From the human T2T-CHM13v2.0 reference genome, Homo sapiens, in NCBI RefSeq assembly GCF_009914755.1, contig NC_060934.1: DNA of 64,000 bases; one strand, written 5' to 3'. The stretch's first letter is position 1. Each line of letters opens with the position of its first letter. Shown one piece after another: positions 1 through 15,892 of this stretch. A program made the position numbers and the translations under genes. Under the pieces are notes generated by a model. The model was not told the origin of the DNA. It did not search any database and saw only the letters and a list, made by a program, of their open reading frames with translations.

Positions 1-172
1 GAAGTCGCCACCTCTGAAGGAGAGAGTGAACCCTCACCAGATGTCAAATCTACCAGTATCTTGATCTTGAATTTCCCAGTCTCCAGAGCTGTGAGCAATA
101 AATTTATACTGCTTAGAAACTACCCTGTCTAAGGTATTTTGTTATAGGAGCACAAACTAATTGACTAAGACA
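1..172 (+). mobile_element. MaLR LTR 3' part (MLT1A-C/MST-like)
   Basis: ttgatcttgaatttcccagtctccagagctgtgagcaataaa ... gtattttgttatag ... gactaagaca terminus. Confidence 0.8.
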
Positions 173-174
173 AT

Positions 175-470
175 TCACATACCTTTGTTGAACTTCTGTG
201 AGACTATCTCCAGGATAAATTCCTAGTAATAGAACTGCTGAGTCAAAGGGTAAGCATATTTAAAATTATTTCTGATATAGCTAAATGGCCCTTCAAAATC
301 ACAATCCCCCCAATAGTAAATGAGAGCTCTTATTTCTCCACATTCTTAACACTGGGTAATGTTTGCTAATCTGTTAGTTTAAAACATATCTTATTTTATT
401 TTTAGTTTTCAGTTAGTTATGTATGAGTGTGGCATTTTTGCATACAAATCCAATTTGTAAACTCTTTCCC
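175..470 (-). mobile_element. Old L1M fragment
   Basis: aggataaattcctagtaatagaactgctgagtcaaagggtaagcat resembles antisense L1 ORF2 C-terminus. Confidence 0.6.
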
Positions 471-1310
471 AAAGATCTGACTTTTTCTTGCCCCACTAGA
501 AACAACAATGCCAACCTCAGGATTACTGTACAGATTCAATCCATGTAAAGTGAGAAGTTCAGGGTTTGGCACACAATAAGTGCTCATCAAATGCTATTTG
601 AAAAACCAACCTATCAAGCCTGACTCACTTCATTTGAAAGGATTAGAGTTACTGAGGTTTTATTGTACCTCACTTCATCAATGGGAAATGCAGATTTCAG
701 AAAACAATGTAGATGGGAGGAAAGTGCTCTCCACACTTACAGTATTTATCACATTGTATTTTCATTGTCTATTTGTCTGTCTCCCCTCTAGATTGAGGGG
801 TACCTGAATTTATGGATATTGTCTTAGTTTACATTTCTTTTTTTTCCCTTGAAATCATGATTTTATTGAGTTGAAGGCATTTCAACCACAGGTGATTAGT
901 ATCATCTGAATCTACCCACAGCTCAATCAAGTCTAAGGCTAAAAACATTCAATCTCTTAAAAAAAAATGAGCAAGCAATTTTTCCTCTGTAGTTCAAGTT
1001 CATTGAGTTGATAACTCTTGTCCCAGAAGGAAAAAACTGCTATCTTATAAGCCACAAACTAAACATATGTAGTTAATTAACAAATTAATTAACGTGAGAT
1101 ACCAACTCAGTCAAAATTTCAACAACTTACATTAAAATAAGCAAAGTCTTTCCAGTCATCTTCAAATTCTTCCTAAAATTTATTTTAAAAAGTGAAACTA
1201 TCAAAATATCTATTTATTTATACTTTCATCACATTTAGCAGTGAATTTGATTTATAAACTTTAAGCATAAGCTTCCATAATAAAGAATATATTGTATACT
1301 GGTACATTGA

Positions 1311-1829
<519 letters not shown>

Positions 1830-3424
1830 TAACTACATTGTGGGTTTGGAAGTATAAGAGAGGTTGCTCTGTGATCCTTTCCTGCCAAACAAAGCCTCAC
1901 TATGGGTTGATTTTTAGCAATAAATATAAAGAGACTTGAAAATGTCAGTTTTGTATAAAGCTAGGATGATTGTTATTCAGTGTTTTATTCTTTTACTATT
2001 AAATTTTAGAAATGCAATTTTACATTTCTAATAGTAACTACTTTGGGGTTTGGCAATTGGTAAGCAATGAATAATTGTTGAATACTTGGATGAATAGATG
2101 AATGAATGAGGTATCAGTTCTGTTCTCAGGACCTAAGAAGTATGGATAGATAAAGCAAGATTTTTCTCCATCTACTGAATGAACACGGCAGGGTCAGCAG
2201 TACTGGACAAAGCTATGACACATTTAGAATCTGACAGCATTGAATGCACACAGCAGAGCAATTACAGCTCTAGTTCCATATGCAACCCTAAGAAACTTTT
2301 CTATCATTGAGGTGGAAATACTAGCTTTTAAAAAACCGACACACCTATTAGCTTCTTTTCTTCTTTAGGTCTTTGACTTGTTTATTCTAGGCCTGTGGGT
2401 ACTAATAGATCTGTGGATGTATGCATTTGCCATTTTAAATAAAGGCTAGGAAGGGAAGTTTTAAAACTAATACGCATGTATGTTTGTAATCGTTGTTATT
2501 CAAGGCTACATAAGTTTGGATTTCTTATGTTTAAACAAGACACACAGACATCCTCTAAACAACTCCACATAAGATAACCATTCTGATAGGCATTTAGTTA
2601 AATATAAACAAGTGTGTAAAACCCCACACGATGAATTGAAAATAAAATGAGAACTCCCCTAAAGTTCCTACTTCCAGTTTCAGAAGATGTTTCTCCATAG
2701 CTACAACATAAGTAAATGTATACAAGTTTAGGAAATAATCTTCCAGTAAACAATGAAAAATTGTTCACACAAGAGTGTGTTCTGTCTTCGTCAGCTGAGA
2801 AAGTAAATGATAGCATTCACCAGCAATATAAACTACCTGAATAATAAACAAAATGTTATCTATTTTAGCAATGCTTTCGGGTGCTGGATAGAGGCTATGG
2901 GACAGGGTAGGAAGGCAAGAGCTGGGGCTGGGTTGGGCAACTAGGGATAATTTCCTACTGATTGTAGTTGCATTCTAAAGCCCTGAGAGCGGAGTAGATG
3001 TAACATCAAGGTGTTGTGTTAAATCATCACACTAGATAAGACTTTATAATAGACTAAGCGATCAGTGGAAATGGCTGACTTAGGGGTCATTAAGCCTGAC
3101 ACATTAGGTCATTAGGCTGACATAGGGGTGAGGGATGACAGGCAAGGCTGGGCCTGAGAGATGGGGCAGAGAGTACTCCCTATTTTAGGGAGAAAAAAAT
3201 ACATTGCCCTCACAAATTGATTTTAATCTTTATTTTCCTACTGGATTGGCTTTGGGTCTCATGAAGGGGCTCAAAACAGTTCACAGATGGTAAAGGTCTT
3301 CTGTCTGGTAATCTACATAATAGATGCAAGAAATCCAGGACCCTGTTGAGGGATGGCATGATGTAGTGTAGCTAACTAACTACTGACCTCCAGGCTAGTT
3401 AGGAGGACCAGATGAGAGAACGTC

Positions 3425-3945
3425 TGTGTGGTGGATGTCAGCTGCTCAGCATCCACTACCTCTTTTGGGGGAACATTATCCAAATTTTGTTTTAGGGGAA
3501 TCACCCCTCCTCTACTTTCAGCCTTGATGAAAGTAGCCTAGGTTACAACTAATCAGTTTATCCATCCCTCCTGGCCACAGTGACTGGCTGGATAATGGGT
3601 ACATAACTAAAGCCAGGCCAATCAGGTCAATAAGACTCAATTCCAAAATTATTGTGCTTTGAGGAAAATGGTCTTGCTCTCTCTCTGTTTTTTAAAAATA
3701 ATCATACTTGGCATTGAAATCCTTGGTACTACCTGGTGTCATCATGAATGAATCCAATGCAGCAGAAAGTAGAGTCAAGAAATTGAGCAGAAGCTAAGTT
3801 TGCATGATGTTGATCGAATCTATCTAGAGTTGCCTATAGCTTTACTCCTGGATTTTTCAGGAACAATAATAAGTCTCCCCACTCCTTTTCTTGCTTAAGC
3901 CATTTGAGATGAGTTTTATGTCACTTGCAACTTAAACTATTCTAG
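3425..3945 (+). mobile_element. Old MaLR LTR (MLT1J/K/L-like)
   Basis: ctggccacagtgactgg, aggccaatcag, and 3' gcttaagccatttgagatgagtttt...tcacttgcaac. Confidence 0.65.
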
Positions 3946-4856
3946 TGTGTGAAGCCTTTAGTACTGTGTCTGGCATATTTATGCTCGTTCTTACAAATAT
4001 CAGTTTTATTTTCTTTTTCTTTTCCCTCTCCTTCTCCTCCTCCCATCTCCCCCAAATCTTACTTTATATCTCTAGTGTAAAACAGAAGATTAGATTTGAC
4101 TATTTCCTTTAGAAAGCATGACCAAATAATTACTGGAAACACTTCTTCTGGGCCTCAATTTCTTCATATGTGAAGTAAAGGGGTTGCAGAAGTCCATCTT
4201 ATTCTTTCAGCCTTAATTTTCCAGCAGTCTAAAAATCAGTTGGCAGTGATGATTTGAGAAGAAAAGTTCATCCTTCCCAACCACTCCTTGATTTTTCTAG
4301 TGTGGAAATTTGTGTCTTTAGAGAAGAGACTAAAACTAAGAAACTGCAGGGCCAAAATGATGGAAACGCTTCCCTTCAACTGAGCTTTCTCAATCCTTGA
4401 GCCACTGTGAATTTTAGGCCTTCACTTCCATCCTACTTTTGAGTTTAAATACAACGGACTATTTTGTAGTTTGGTAAGAAAAAGCACTGCATTATTTAAG
4501 AAAGCTTTGGTCTAGTTTAGCTCTGCTACTATCTAACGGTTCTTGACATAGCACATGTATGCAATTCACATACTGAAACGGACAAGTGATTCACAAGCGT
4601 CACAGATCCATGGAAAGTCATGTGTAACTAACAGCAGGTAAATTGATATATACAGAATCTGGATGACTTATAATACTTTTTAAAGATATCTTAAGATGAA
4701 TCCAAGTTTATCCCTAAAATAACATTACTCTTGCTCACATGTAGTTTGATATACGTGCTCTTGAGCACGAGAGAACACTGAGCTTCTTGGGATTCCTAAT
4801 AACTTGAGTTATCTTCATGAATCATGCCATGAGTTTGAATATCACTCATCATGTGA

Positions 4857-5183
<327 letters not shown>

Positions 5184-5584
5184 AGAAAGCTAGATTTCTA
5201 AGGTTCTTCCATTTCCAGGATTTTGGATGGTAGACATGGTGGTGGCTGTGGAATGTGAGGATTTGTGGTAGAGACACGGACTGAGGATTTCATTAACCCA
5301 AATCTGGGAAATATGTGAGGGGAGCAAGTTAAGTTTGAACTACCACATTTGGTGTTATAATCTCTTCTTGAGCAAATAAATTTTAAAAGCTACAGCTATT
5401 TTCTTTATACAAATGACAGAATGCATAGATTAGGTAGGATATGAAAGAGAAGACTCTAGTTTCTAGGTATCAGTCAATTTCAATGTGTTGCAGAGTAGGT
5501 GGTGGGGAAAGAAGTAAGTGTTCCTGGGGTGTTTTTTATTAAGGTCTTCAGGGCAGAGATTTTTTTACTTTTATCAAAAAAGTA

Positions 5585-5760
5585 CGATTTGGAGACAAAC
5601 TAAGCTCAGGTTGAAGTCATGGTCTTCCTTAATTTCTCTAAACTTTAGTTTTCTCAACTATAAAATAGGGATAATAATATTTACCTCATAGGGTTGTTGT
5701 GATGATAAAATGCAATAAAACATGTAAAGCACACAACATGGTACCTGGCTCACAGTGACC
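5585..5760 (+). mobile_element. MIR
   Basis: Core tataaaatagggataataatatttacctcatagggttgttgtga. Confidence 0.8.
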
Positions 5761-6903
5761 AGGGACAAGCTGAATTAAGATTACAGGTGTGGTGTTTTAA
5801 AGATTGAGCAATGTTGTTCTAGTTTTTAATTTCATTTCTTTTTATTTTTCAAACTCCTGATACAAATTATTCTAAATTCCACTATAAATGCTTCTCTTTG
5901 GTTCATATATAGAAATAAGTTCTGCTAAAGGATGAGACACACTTAGCACACACACAAGTGAATATGTATGTATGTACTGACACAGCAAGAGGGAGGCAGA
6001 AGCTGATGTTGGGCTGTGAGGCAGACCTGTGAGGCAGATCCATGGTTTCCCTGACACCCAGATATACATTGTGTAAATGACAGCTCAAGACTCATATGCA
6101 TTTCTATATCACATGGCGTTTTAGATAACATTCTCTCCCTACACCTCGTTCTTAGGACTTGAGACTTCTTTGATTATTCCAGTCACATCTAACTACTGAA
6201 TTGGAAATTCTCAATATCTTGCAATAATTCAGACCTTTACAGAGGAAGCAATATCTTGAAGGTTTCCAGTGTGGAAAACCAAGGAGGTGAGATTTCCAGG
6301 TTCCCAAGCACAGGATAAAAATCCTTGTAGCTCTACAGAATCCCTGCTGCAGGGTGCCTTAGGAAGTTCTGAACCAGAGAAGTTTTCCACTTGGCCAAGA
6401 ACTCATGTTAGAGTTCATTCCTCTCCATCATTTTTTAGGCTTCTGACTTTACTTGCAAGTGCAGGAAATAGATTTGGTTTTGTGAGACAGATCTCTCCTA
6501 TGAAATACTTTCGTATGGAGGATAAACCTCAGGAGATTGATTTCAAATTAGAGGATCATTTCCTTTCTCTTTGATGGAGTATATATAGTCTCAAAGTTTA
6601 CAAGTGTCTCTTTAAAAGAAGGTACATTTTTACATTCCTGTAAGTGTAACTCAAGGATTTCTAAAGACCCAACTAGGATTACCAGTCAGATAAAAAGACA
6701 TTGTTTTATGATACTACCTCTTCAATCCAATAAACATTCCATTGCATAAACTTTAAAATATATATACTCCAGAAATTTGTAGAAATAAAAGAAAAAAGGA
6801 AAACACTAAACATGGTGATATTTTATTTATAAGGAATTCTAACTATTTATTATTATGCAGGAATATATTTTAATATTCCCTGTAGAATGTAAGTACAAGG
6901 AGA

Positions 6904-7583
<680 letters not shown>

Positions 7584-8134
7584 TTATGTAGACATAAGTA
7601 CTTTCAGAGGCAAAGAGAACATACATATATATTCCTTTTCTTGTGAAGATCATTTCACTACAGTCAATTTTTTTATTTTGATCTTTTACTTGTAAAAAGA
7701 AACGTGCCATATAATTATTTAAAAGTAACCAAAACATAGAGTACATAGAAAAATCATGGCTCATAACATGAAATTATTAAAAATGAGTATTTTGCTCTAC
7801 CATACTTTAAAGGGTTTTGTGGAAAACAGCCTGAGGGAAGCATGAGAGGAAGACACCCAGGTTTACTACCAAGTGAGATGCTAGCTTAAATGTACTAAAT
7901 TGTAAAATAAAACTTAAGAAAAGCTTTTTACAAATGGTAAAAGATATAACCTATTTCATACTAATCTGTGAGGTTTATAGTATTTTCATATAACCAATTT
8001 TCCTTAATATTAGGAAATATATTTAAAAGATTTTTTATATTCTCTCAAAAAGATAGTTTCTACTCACCACATATTCTAGGTGCTCCCTGAGTACTCCCAG
8101 TCTACTTGGCAGGAAAGTTGCAGCCATGTAACTA

Positions 8135-8179
8135 TTAGGTTGGTGCAAAAGTAACTGTGGTTTTACCATTACTTTTAAT
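8135..8179 (+). mobile_element. MADE1 half element (Hsmar1 TIR)
   Basis: TA followed by ttaggttggtgcaaaagtaactgtggttttaccattacttttaat. Confidence 0.8.
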
Positions 8180-8586
8180 ACTTTTTTGGTCAATGGATTA
8201 GGAGGGAAAGTAAAGTGTATCAACCTTAGGCCAAAGCTGTTCAAAGCTCTTGTGCTTCCTCCATTTCTTTCCTATTTCCAGGCTGACTTTTGGGGCTTAT
8301 CTTCCAAGTGGCAGAGCTACCAGATGAAGTAGAGCTGCTCAACCTGCATCTGACTTTGTGTAAGCCACAGTGTGTCAGCCACAAGCGCCTTTGTAGCAGT
8401 AAGATTTGGGACATGCCTATTCATCACCCTGGTTAATACATATTCCCTATTTCAAGTATAGAACTTTTAAAATGACCTACCTTAGGAATAAATGAACTCA
8501 AGAAAAGCATCTCATATTTCAGATCTCAGATTCCCAAATTGTTATCTTTTGTTTTCTGCTCCCTTGTTTTGATCAGATCTCATTAA

Positions 8587-9560
8587 TTCACTATTTACTT
8601 AACAAACATTTCATTGAGAATTTACTGTGTATTAAGCTATGTGCCAGGTGCTAGAGATACAATGATATCCAATTTCTTAATTCATGGACCTTACAACTTG
8701 AAGGTAAAACAGGCATTAAACACATAATCACATAAATCAATGTATAGTTACAGAAAATTAAAATATAATTATAAAATAAATCATAAAAATAAAATAGAGA
8801 AACCATTTTAATTAAATTAGGACTTCAGGAATGCCCTCTGTGGAAAGGACATTTAAACTGAGACAGTCTAGGTAGAGAACAGAATAGACAAAGGTCTCGA
8901 GGTGGAAAAAAGTATGGGAGGAAAGAGAGGTGTGACTGGAGAGCTAAGGAGTGAGGAGATAGTGAGATCAGGGGTTGGCAAACTATGGGCTTCAGGCCAA
9001 ATCTGGCCTGCCACTTGTGTTTGTAAATAAAGTTTTATTAGAACACAGCCACGCCCATTCTTTTATATGTCTATTGCTTGGGTTACATCAGTAGATTTGA
9101 GTAGCTGCAACAGACTGTATGGCTTGCAAAGTCTAAAGTATCTGGCCTTTATAAAACATCTGCTGACCCCTGTACTAGATCATTCAGGACCTTGCCAGCC
9201 ATGTTAAGGATGTGAGATTTAATCTCATGTGCAAAGGGAAGGCATTAAAGGGCTTTGAACAGGAAAGTGAGTGGCATGAACAGATGTGTGCTCTAAGAAA
9301 ACCATTCTGGTTATTTGAAGAATGAACTGGAAAGGGGCAAGGATGGAAAAGCCAGTTAAAATAAGACAGTGTCTTGACAGTGACAGTGACGATGAAGAGA
9401 AGTGAATTCAAAGTCTATTTTTGAAAAAAATATCAATACGATTTGGTTTCAGATTGCATATTGTGGTGCAGGAGTGGAAAATATCAAGGATGATTTCGGA
9501 TTTTTGCCCAAAAAAGCTAGGAGATTGGTGGCTCCATTTTCAAAAATGGGAAAGATGGGG
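8587..9560 (-). mobile_element. L2, interrupted by MER58A
   Basis: aacaaacatttcattgag...tgtgccaggtgctagagataca; gccatgttaagga...gggctttgaacagg. Confidence 0.75.
8969..9172 (+). mobile_element. MER58A (hAT MITE)
   Basis: TIRs caggggttggcaaact ... tgctgacccctg; ataaagttttattagaacacagccac. Confidence 0.88.
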
Positions 9561-11744
9561 GAGGAAAAAGTTCAGAATAATGAAAGTAGGCAATCAAGAG
9601 CCAGTGATGAACGTAAGTTTGATCTTAACATATATATATATTTTCCAAAAACAACAAAAAAGGAGTAAAACAACTCTCAAAAATATATTCTGAATTCTAC
9701 TTTCTGTCCAGGGCTGGGATAATTTTCCTCTATTTTCCTTGTATTCGTTCCTTTAAAAATTCCATAGATTCTGTCCATTCAAAGAAAAGGCCACATTTAG
9801 TGAGACTGCATATATTTCAGGATCTGTTTGGGAGAAGATTTTCTTTGGCCGACACCTCCCAAGCTTCATGAAAACATCTATTTATCCTGGGACACAAGGA
9901 GATTTTCAGTCTGTTGCAGCTTTTATTTGCACTGCCAAAAGGAAAAACGAAAGGGTTTCAATAGTCCTTTAATTGAAACGTCCCTGGAGCAGAGGATTTG
10001 TCCTAACTCACATTTGGTTTTCCAGGCTCTCACTGGAGTTCTCCTTCCACAATGCCTAAAAAAGCCCTGGTTTTCTATGATGACAGTCCACTAAAATGCT
10101 CCACTTTCCCAATACTCACCAGCAGTATGCAGCCACCCCTTATTATACATTGTTATTTTGGCCTACTCAGCATTATGCCCTCTATGAAATTTTGTGTTAA
10201 GTGGTATTATGATTGGACTATTTTCCTGAATTGGGCAAGGTTTTCCCCTTGAGCCAGCATACTGGTTTGCCTCTAAGGATATCACTTTATCACTGCAGTT
10301 GCATAATTGGGTTCAGCTTTAGATTTGTAGCTGCTCAAATGAGCAAAATACATCTCAGGGCTGGGGGATTTGACCTAAAGCTTTGCTGTCATCCATTTGG
10401 TTTAGTAAAGAGAAGTTTTTGCCTTGACATTATAAAATGCTGAATTTGAAAAATTGAGACTAAGCAGATGGTGAAATTTTTATTTATGATAGTGTCAAAA
10501 TATTCCTGGCTCCTTTTGTGGAGGAAATCTACTGGTTTACTGTGGACATTCTTATCTTCTTTCCTAATAAGACAAATGGAGTTACTCTTCCTGTTATATT
10601 TTGACAGGAAAAACAACGATTGGATCTGGGTATTTTGGCAAAAGCTCTTAAATCAGAGGGACTATAATCTTTATGATATTGTTAGCCACTCCCGAGAAAC
10701 TACTATTATGAATACAGTAAACAAATAGGCATTTTATTTTTAATAAAAAAGAGTGAATTAGGTTCAACTGACCTCAAGGTTCTAAAGTGCCTTTCCTGAC
10801 TCTGTTAAATAATGTAAGGATATATAACAACAGCAAGAATTCACTTGCTATATTTATAATAGAAATCTATTTTAGTGAGGAAAACTATATTTTAAATTCA
10901 AGGATGCTTCATTTTTTACAAACATGAATTTGGAATATTTTATACTAAAGAATTCCCCTAGTCCCACAGATCAGTTATAAATATTAATGGAATTTCAAGA
11001 GATTCTTTTCTGATTCCAGTGCTTAATATTCATTCATATTATGCAGGGAATTCAATGTCCTGTACAGTACGTATGGATTCTTCTCATTATATAAATGAGC
11101 ACATATATGGAATCTGTAGGGGCAATGACAATTAAAAATAGCAGGGCCCACATACGATTTTAGAGGGCATATAAAAGCCTTCTCAGCTCACTTAATAACA
11201 AGAAATTTACTGGTAATAAACCAAAGGACTCTTTAGGCTCAATTTACTCAATAATGTCACATCTGGGCAAAAAGATGGATTGGTGATTCTGAACAGAGTT
11301 AAAAATGCTAACTGATATAAAGTATTTATGAAACGCAATGAAGTGATTTCCTGTGGTGAGATTCTGCAGTCAGACTTCGAAACCTGCTCTTGAATTAGTC
11401 TCAGCTCTTTGATTTGCTAACGATTTACTTCACAGTGCTTAGTCTTCTCAGACTATTTGTAGTGTAAATTTTTTTTGGAAAAATTCTTATTCAAAAAATG
11501 ATTTGACATCCCATAAAAAGAACTGCATCTAACTTCATGTTCTCTGAGTTTAATAACTTATTCAGGTAATAAGATATTGTTTAGCCTTCCTAATGTGTAA
11601 GTATAAGTATTATTTTTAACAAAGGGTGATTTTTAACTAAACCTGCACTATTAGTGTGTCATTCTCTCTTCTGTCTCTCAAAATAAAAATTTATATAACT
11701 AATGGACCAAAACCATAAAATAATTTGTATGTGACAACAATTAT

Positions 11745-12050
11745 AAAGTTGGCATTTACTATGCACCTATGTGCCAGGCATGATATTAGAAGTTTTGGAT
11801 ATACTATCTCATTCAATCTTTATAACATTTCTGGGAGCCATTATAGTTACAGTTCAGGTAAGTAAGTGAAGCTCAGAGAGATTAAGAAGATTAATCATGA
11901 TCACAGAGCTATTAGGTTGAATCACATGAAAATGCTGATATTGGACCATTTTTAATCTATAAAGACAGCAATATCATATGCTTCAACCTAATTCTAAGTG
12001 CTGAGTTACAGTATGAAAATAGGTCTGTGTGATTCAGAAGTCCATTGCAG
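11745..12050 (-). mobile_element. MIR, interrupted by MADE2
   Basis: tatgtgccaggca...ctcattcaatct...gaagctcagagagattaag...tcacagagct. Confidence 0.7.
11912..11991. mobile_element. MADE2 mariner MITE, 80 bp
   Basis: ttaggttgaatcacatgaaaatgctg ... cagcaatatcatatgcttcaacctaa, preceded by TA. Confidence 0.85.
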
Positions 12051-15000
12051 TATATTAGATAATACTGGTTATTTTTTACCACTCATAATAATAAAAACCA
12101 AATCATGAATTATACAATAAAGAATTAATCACTCACCAAGTTGGGTTAATATGAACTCATCATTTATGGCAAGATTCCAATGCAAGATAGCATTTCATTT
12201 TAATATCATTCTGATATAAAAAGAGAGATAATTGCTAAACTGTGGCAGAGAAATGGCACATTTGCAGAGCTTATCATATATTTTCTAAGTTAAATATCTC
12301 AGCTGGAGCACAGTTGTTCTTTAACAAACTATTAAAAAGAAATATCCTTCACAAAGAGAACAGTGGGATTCTTTGAAGTGTAACCTTGGAAATCACGGTT
12401 TGTGTTACGGGGCATCATTCAAAGCAGATGTATACTCCTCAGAGACCACAGTAAAACTGTTGCTAAGAATACTTGTTTCTCCTTTTCAGGTTTTACTGAC
12501 AATACTATATAGTCAAGTATTCCCAGTGTTCTAGGCATGGTACAGAACATCCAAAAAGAGGCTTCTAATCATTCTAATTGCGAAGAACTCACATATGCTT
12601 TTCAGTGGCTTTCAGATTCAGCAATTAAACGAAGAGCTTATTCATTTTATGTGATTTAAAGGGTAGTGGTAACAGACATCTAGACTGTTTTAGAGATAAA
12701 CAATTTGCTGACTAGCCATTACTTTTCCTTGCTTGCTAAGTGGGTGACCAGTGCTGAAGTATTAATTCTCAATGTTATTTCAGGAGCAGGGAAGGGCATT
12801 TCAGAGTTGCAAAAAGGACTACTGGCTCAGCAAATATTTATCAAGCACTGAATACACATTCCTATTATGCCGTGATGTTAGTGTCTCTTATTTTCAATCT
12901 TGATCAAGATAAGAAGTATCAACAGATGTGTCACATGTGTGATGGATTGTGGCATGTATTCCCACTAATGGAGAAAGCTTCTAATTTTGGAGAAAGCAGC
13001 AGGCTCTGCAGTCAGAGCGTATTACTTCTTTAGCCCATGAGACATTTAGACTGATCTGAAGAGGAATTCTTGACAGTGAGGAAAGTGGTGAAATCTTTTC
13101 TGAGGGAGCTCTAGGCAAAGGAATGATCCCATCTCTTTGGGATAATGTTGTCATGGTCCCAGATAAAAATGGACCACAATGAAGACTTGTCAAATTCTTA
13201 TCCAGCTCAAGTCTTTACTGTTTCCCAGGACCTGAGGCTCACAAGCAGTCTGTGATTTACGCAGTTTTATGATACTGTTCTCAACTTGCAAAGGTTTTGA
13301 GATGCCTCCAGAATGATGAAAACCAGGCACTTATCTGGGAAGCAGAGCAGCTCACATTATTTTGAGCCCTGGGCTTACGACCCAGAGTGTTGACAGCTTC
13401 ACTTCAGACCACAGTAAGGACTTAACTTCAAGATCCTTCAAAACAGCTCAGTCCCACAGACAGCCTTTTTCCAGGTTCCCTCTCTGAACAGATTGACATG
13501 GTGCAGGTATTATGGAAACAGCAAGCTGAGCTTTCTATATTTGAGATTCAGAGTATGAAGAGCTCTGTTTTAATTCAAAATAAGGTTATCAAATAGATGT
13601 CGATATTGCCATTTAGGCAGCAGACTAAATTTCTGCAAAGGAACCAACCTAAAGAAACCATAACGTTCCTATCTAAGTTCATCCTAGATATTCCAAAAAG
13701 TGTCTGGGCTATCTTAATTTAAACACCAACCCCCCCCAATAAAAAAGCAATGATGGATATAAAGCAACTGCTCACACCAGAACCATACTGAGGTTGTAGA
13801 GAGTTGTGGGAGGGCCACAAAGTAAACTAAACAGCAAACAAGTTTAAAATCTACATATTAATCCCTCTGGTCAAGCTGGAACTTCCACCACCTGGTTTTC
13901 TTTTCGCCCTTTCTTTGTTCCTTCCCCTCCCCCATTGCCTCAGGATATCTGAAATTTTCTCCTCAATTAGGCAGAGTAATTTAGCTCTCTCTCCTCCCAT
14001 TTTCAAACTAGCATCTTATCTTTATAAATGCTCCCCAGAAGAAAGAATAATCCTATTAAAAGGACTGTAATTATAATAGCAAAAGTAAGTTGCTATTATA
14101 TTTAATACAGCAGTTTTTTCACTACAGAATAGTTTGTTACACACTTATTACTTGACCTTTGTTAGTGGGGAGGTCTGAAAGACTGCGCCAGTTCCCACCT
14201 GTGACCCTTGCTGGTTTTCCCTCTGTCTTTACATTGGCCATCCCTATCTCTTTACAGAGCCAACACACAGTGGGGTTTCCTCTTGCTGTTTCCTTTCTCA
14301 GTTGGCAGCAGAGACGGTGGCCTCTGTCCATGTTTTCTGATGCTCTCATCTCATCTATGACCTATAAATTTCAGATCCACACATTTATTCATCATGAACA
14401 GTCATCTGATTCTCATTCCTGCTTTCCCCCGGACAAATGATGGATAGAAACTATACTCAGTCCCCACCACATCTGGCTGGCTCTTAGATTCTGAACCAAT
14501 TCTTGGCCAACCTGAAGGTCTTTTATAAATCTCAGCCTGACAGCCACACATTTAGGCCTATCCACAAGGGAAAATATCATTTTCAGAGAGCAAGGCAGGC
14601 AGAACATGAGGTGTAATGTTGACACAAATGGGACTTAGGGTATTTAATGTTTAAGACTCACGTTTTAGTATGGATGCTGTATAGATCTGTAATTTGGACT
14701 TGTTTATAGCTATAGAAATGCCAGGCAGCTGTAGACTTAACCTTTTGCTATTTCTTGGACATTTCATGACTTATATGCATCTATTGAACTTTTTTGGCAT
14801 CCCCAGGAGAAAGTTAAATCATATTCCCTATTAAAGTTTCTGATTTATTCATGGATTTAAATGTTCCATAGCCCTCATTTTTCATTTCCTCACCTTAAAG
14901 AAAAGAGATTATTGGGTTAATGTTGACAGAAGACCATAACTTTTCCTTTGAAAGCTCATAATATTGTCACAAGGCAACATGGCCCTTCCTGGTTTTGATC

Positions 15001-15594
15001 ATGAGTGTGAGTTAGCATTCTATATATTGTATAGATCCGAGCATCTTTTTATATTCATGAGAACTCTTACTTGACTGCAAATTACGAGTGCAACAGAGCA
15101 TCACCTTACTTCCTTCAGAATTTCTCATTTGAGCAGACTTCATGAAACTGTGTTTCATGACGGTAGGGACTATGGAGTCCTCAGTTCTTAGCACAATGCC
15201 TGGCACACAGAAGGAATTCAATACATATTTGTATATATTTGTTCAATTGAATGAGGATGAAAGACACAAATATTTGGGAGTTCAATTGTGCTGAAAGACA
15301 CTTCCACAGCAGTATATTCCATAAGATGTATTTAAAGTTTATTTTTGATTTCTATAGTTAGCTGATTTTCTACTTTCATTCCATCTCTGGCATTGATTTT
15401 CATACTGAGTTAAGTTGCTTTGCAAGTGAGAGGGCAAATGTTGTCTTAGATGTAAATCTTTCCCCTTGAGGATAACTTGACAGGGAAACTAGAGGCTGAA
15501 AGGGGTCTGTTGTTTGTTTTTACTTTGTGTGCAAATGTTCTCCTTACAAAATGGGCTGGGTTATTTCATTCTCTAATAAAAGTCCCCTCCCCTT

Positions 15595-15727
15595 TATTTT
15601 AAATAACAGAGATGGAGTTGGGATCTACATATTCCAGGCTGGTGTGAACTCCTGGCCTCAGGCAATCCTCCTGCCTTGGCCTCCCAAAGTGGTGAGATTA
15701 TAGGCATGAGCAAGTGAACCTGGTCCC
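15595..15727 (-). mobile_element. FLAM / Alu left monomer
   Basis: ccaggctggtgtgaactcctggcctcaggcaatcctcctgccttggcctcccaaagt. Confidence 0.8.
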
Positions 15728-15825
15728 CATATTTGGTTTTAAAAGTGAGAAATATATGAAATCACAATATTCTATTTTATAATTTGTGCCTATTAATTTA
15801 AATAACAAAAAATATTTATTTTTAC

Positions 15826-15892
15826 GTATGTATATATGTGTATATACACATATTGTATATAAGTACATATATACATTATGTATATATATATA
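15826..15892. repeat. TA-rich microsatellite
   Basis: Degenerate TA/TG/CA dinucleotide run. Confidence 0.7.

Noticed and set aside
8135-8179. miR-548-like hairpin from MADE1
   Set aside because: Only one arm is present, so no stem can form.
12470-12495. Plus-strand acceptor ttgtttctccttttcag
   Set aside because: No paired donor, ORF or other support for an antisense transcript.
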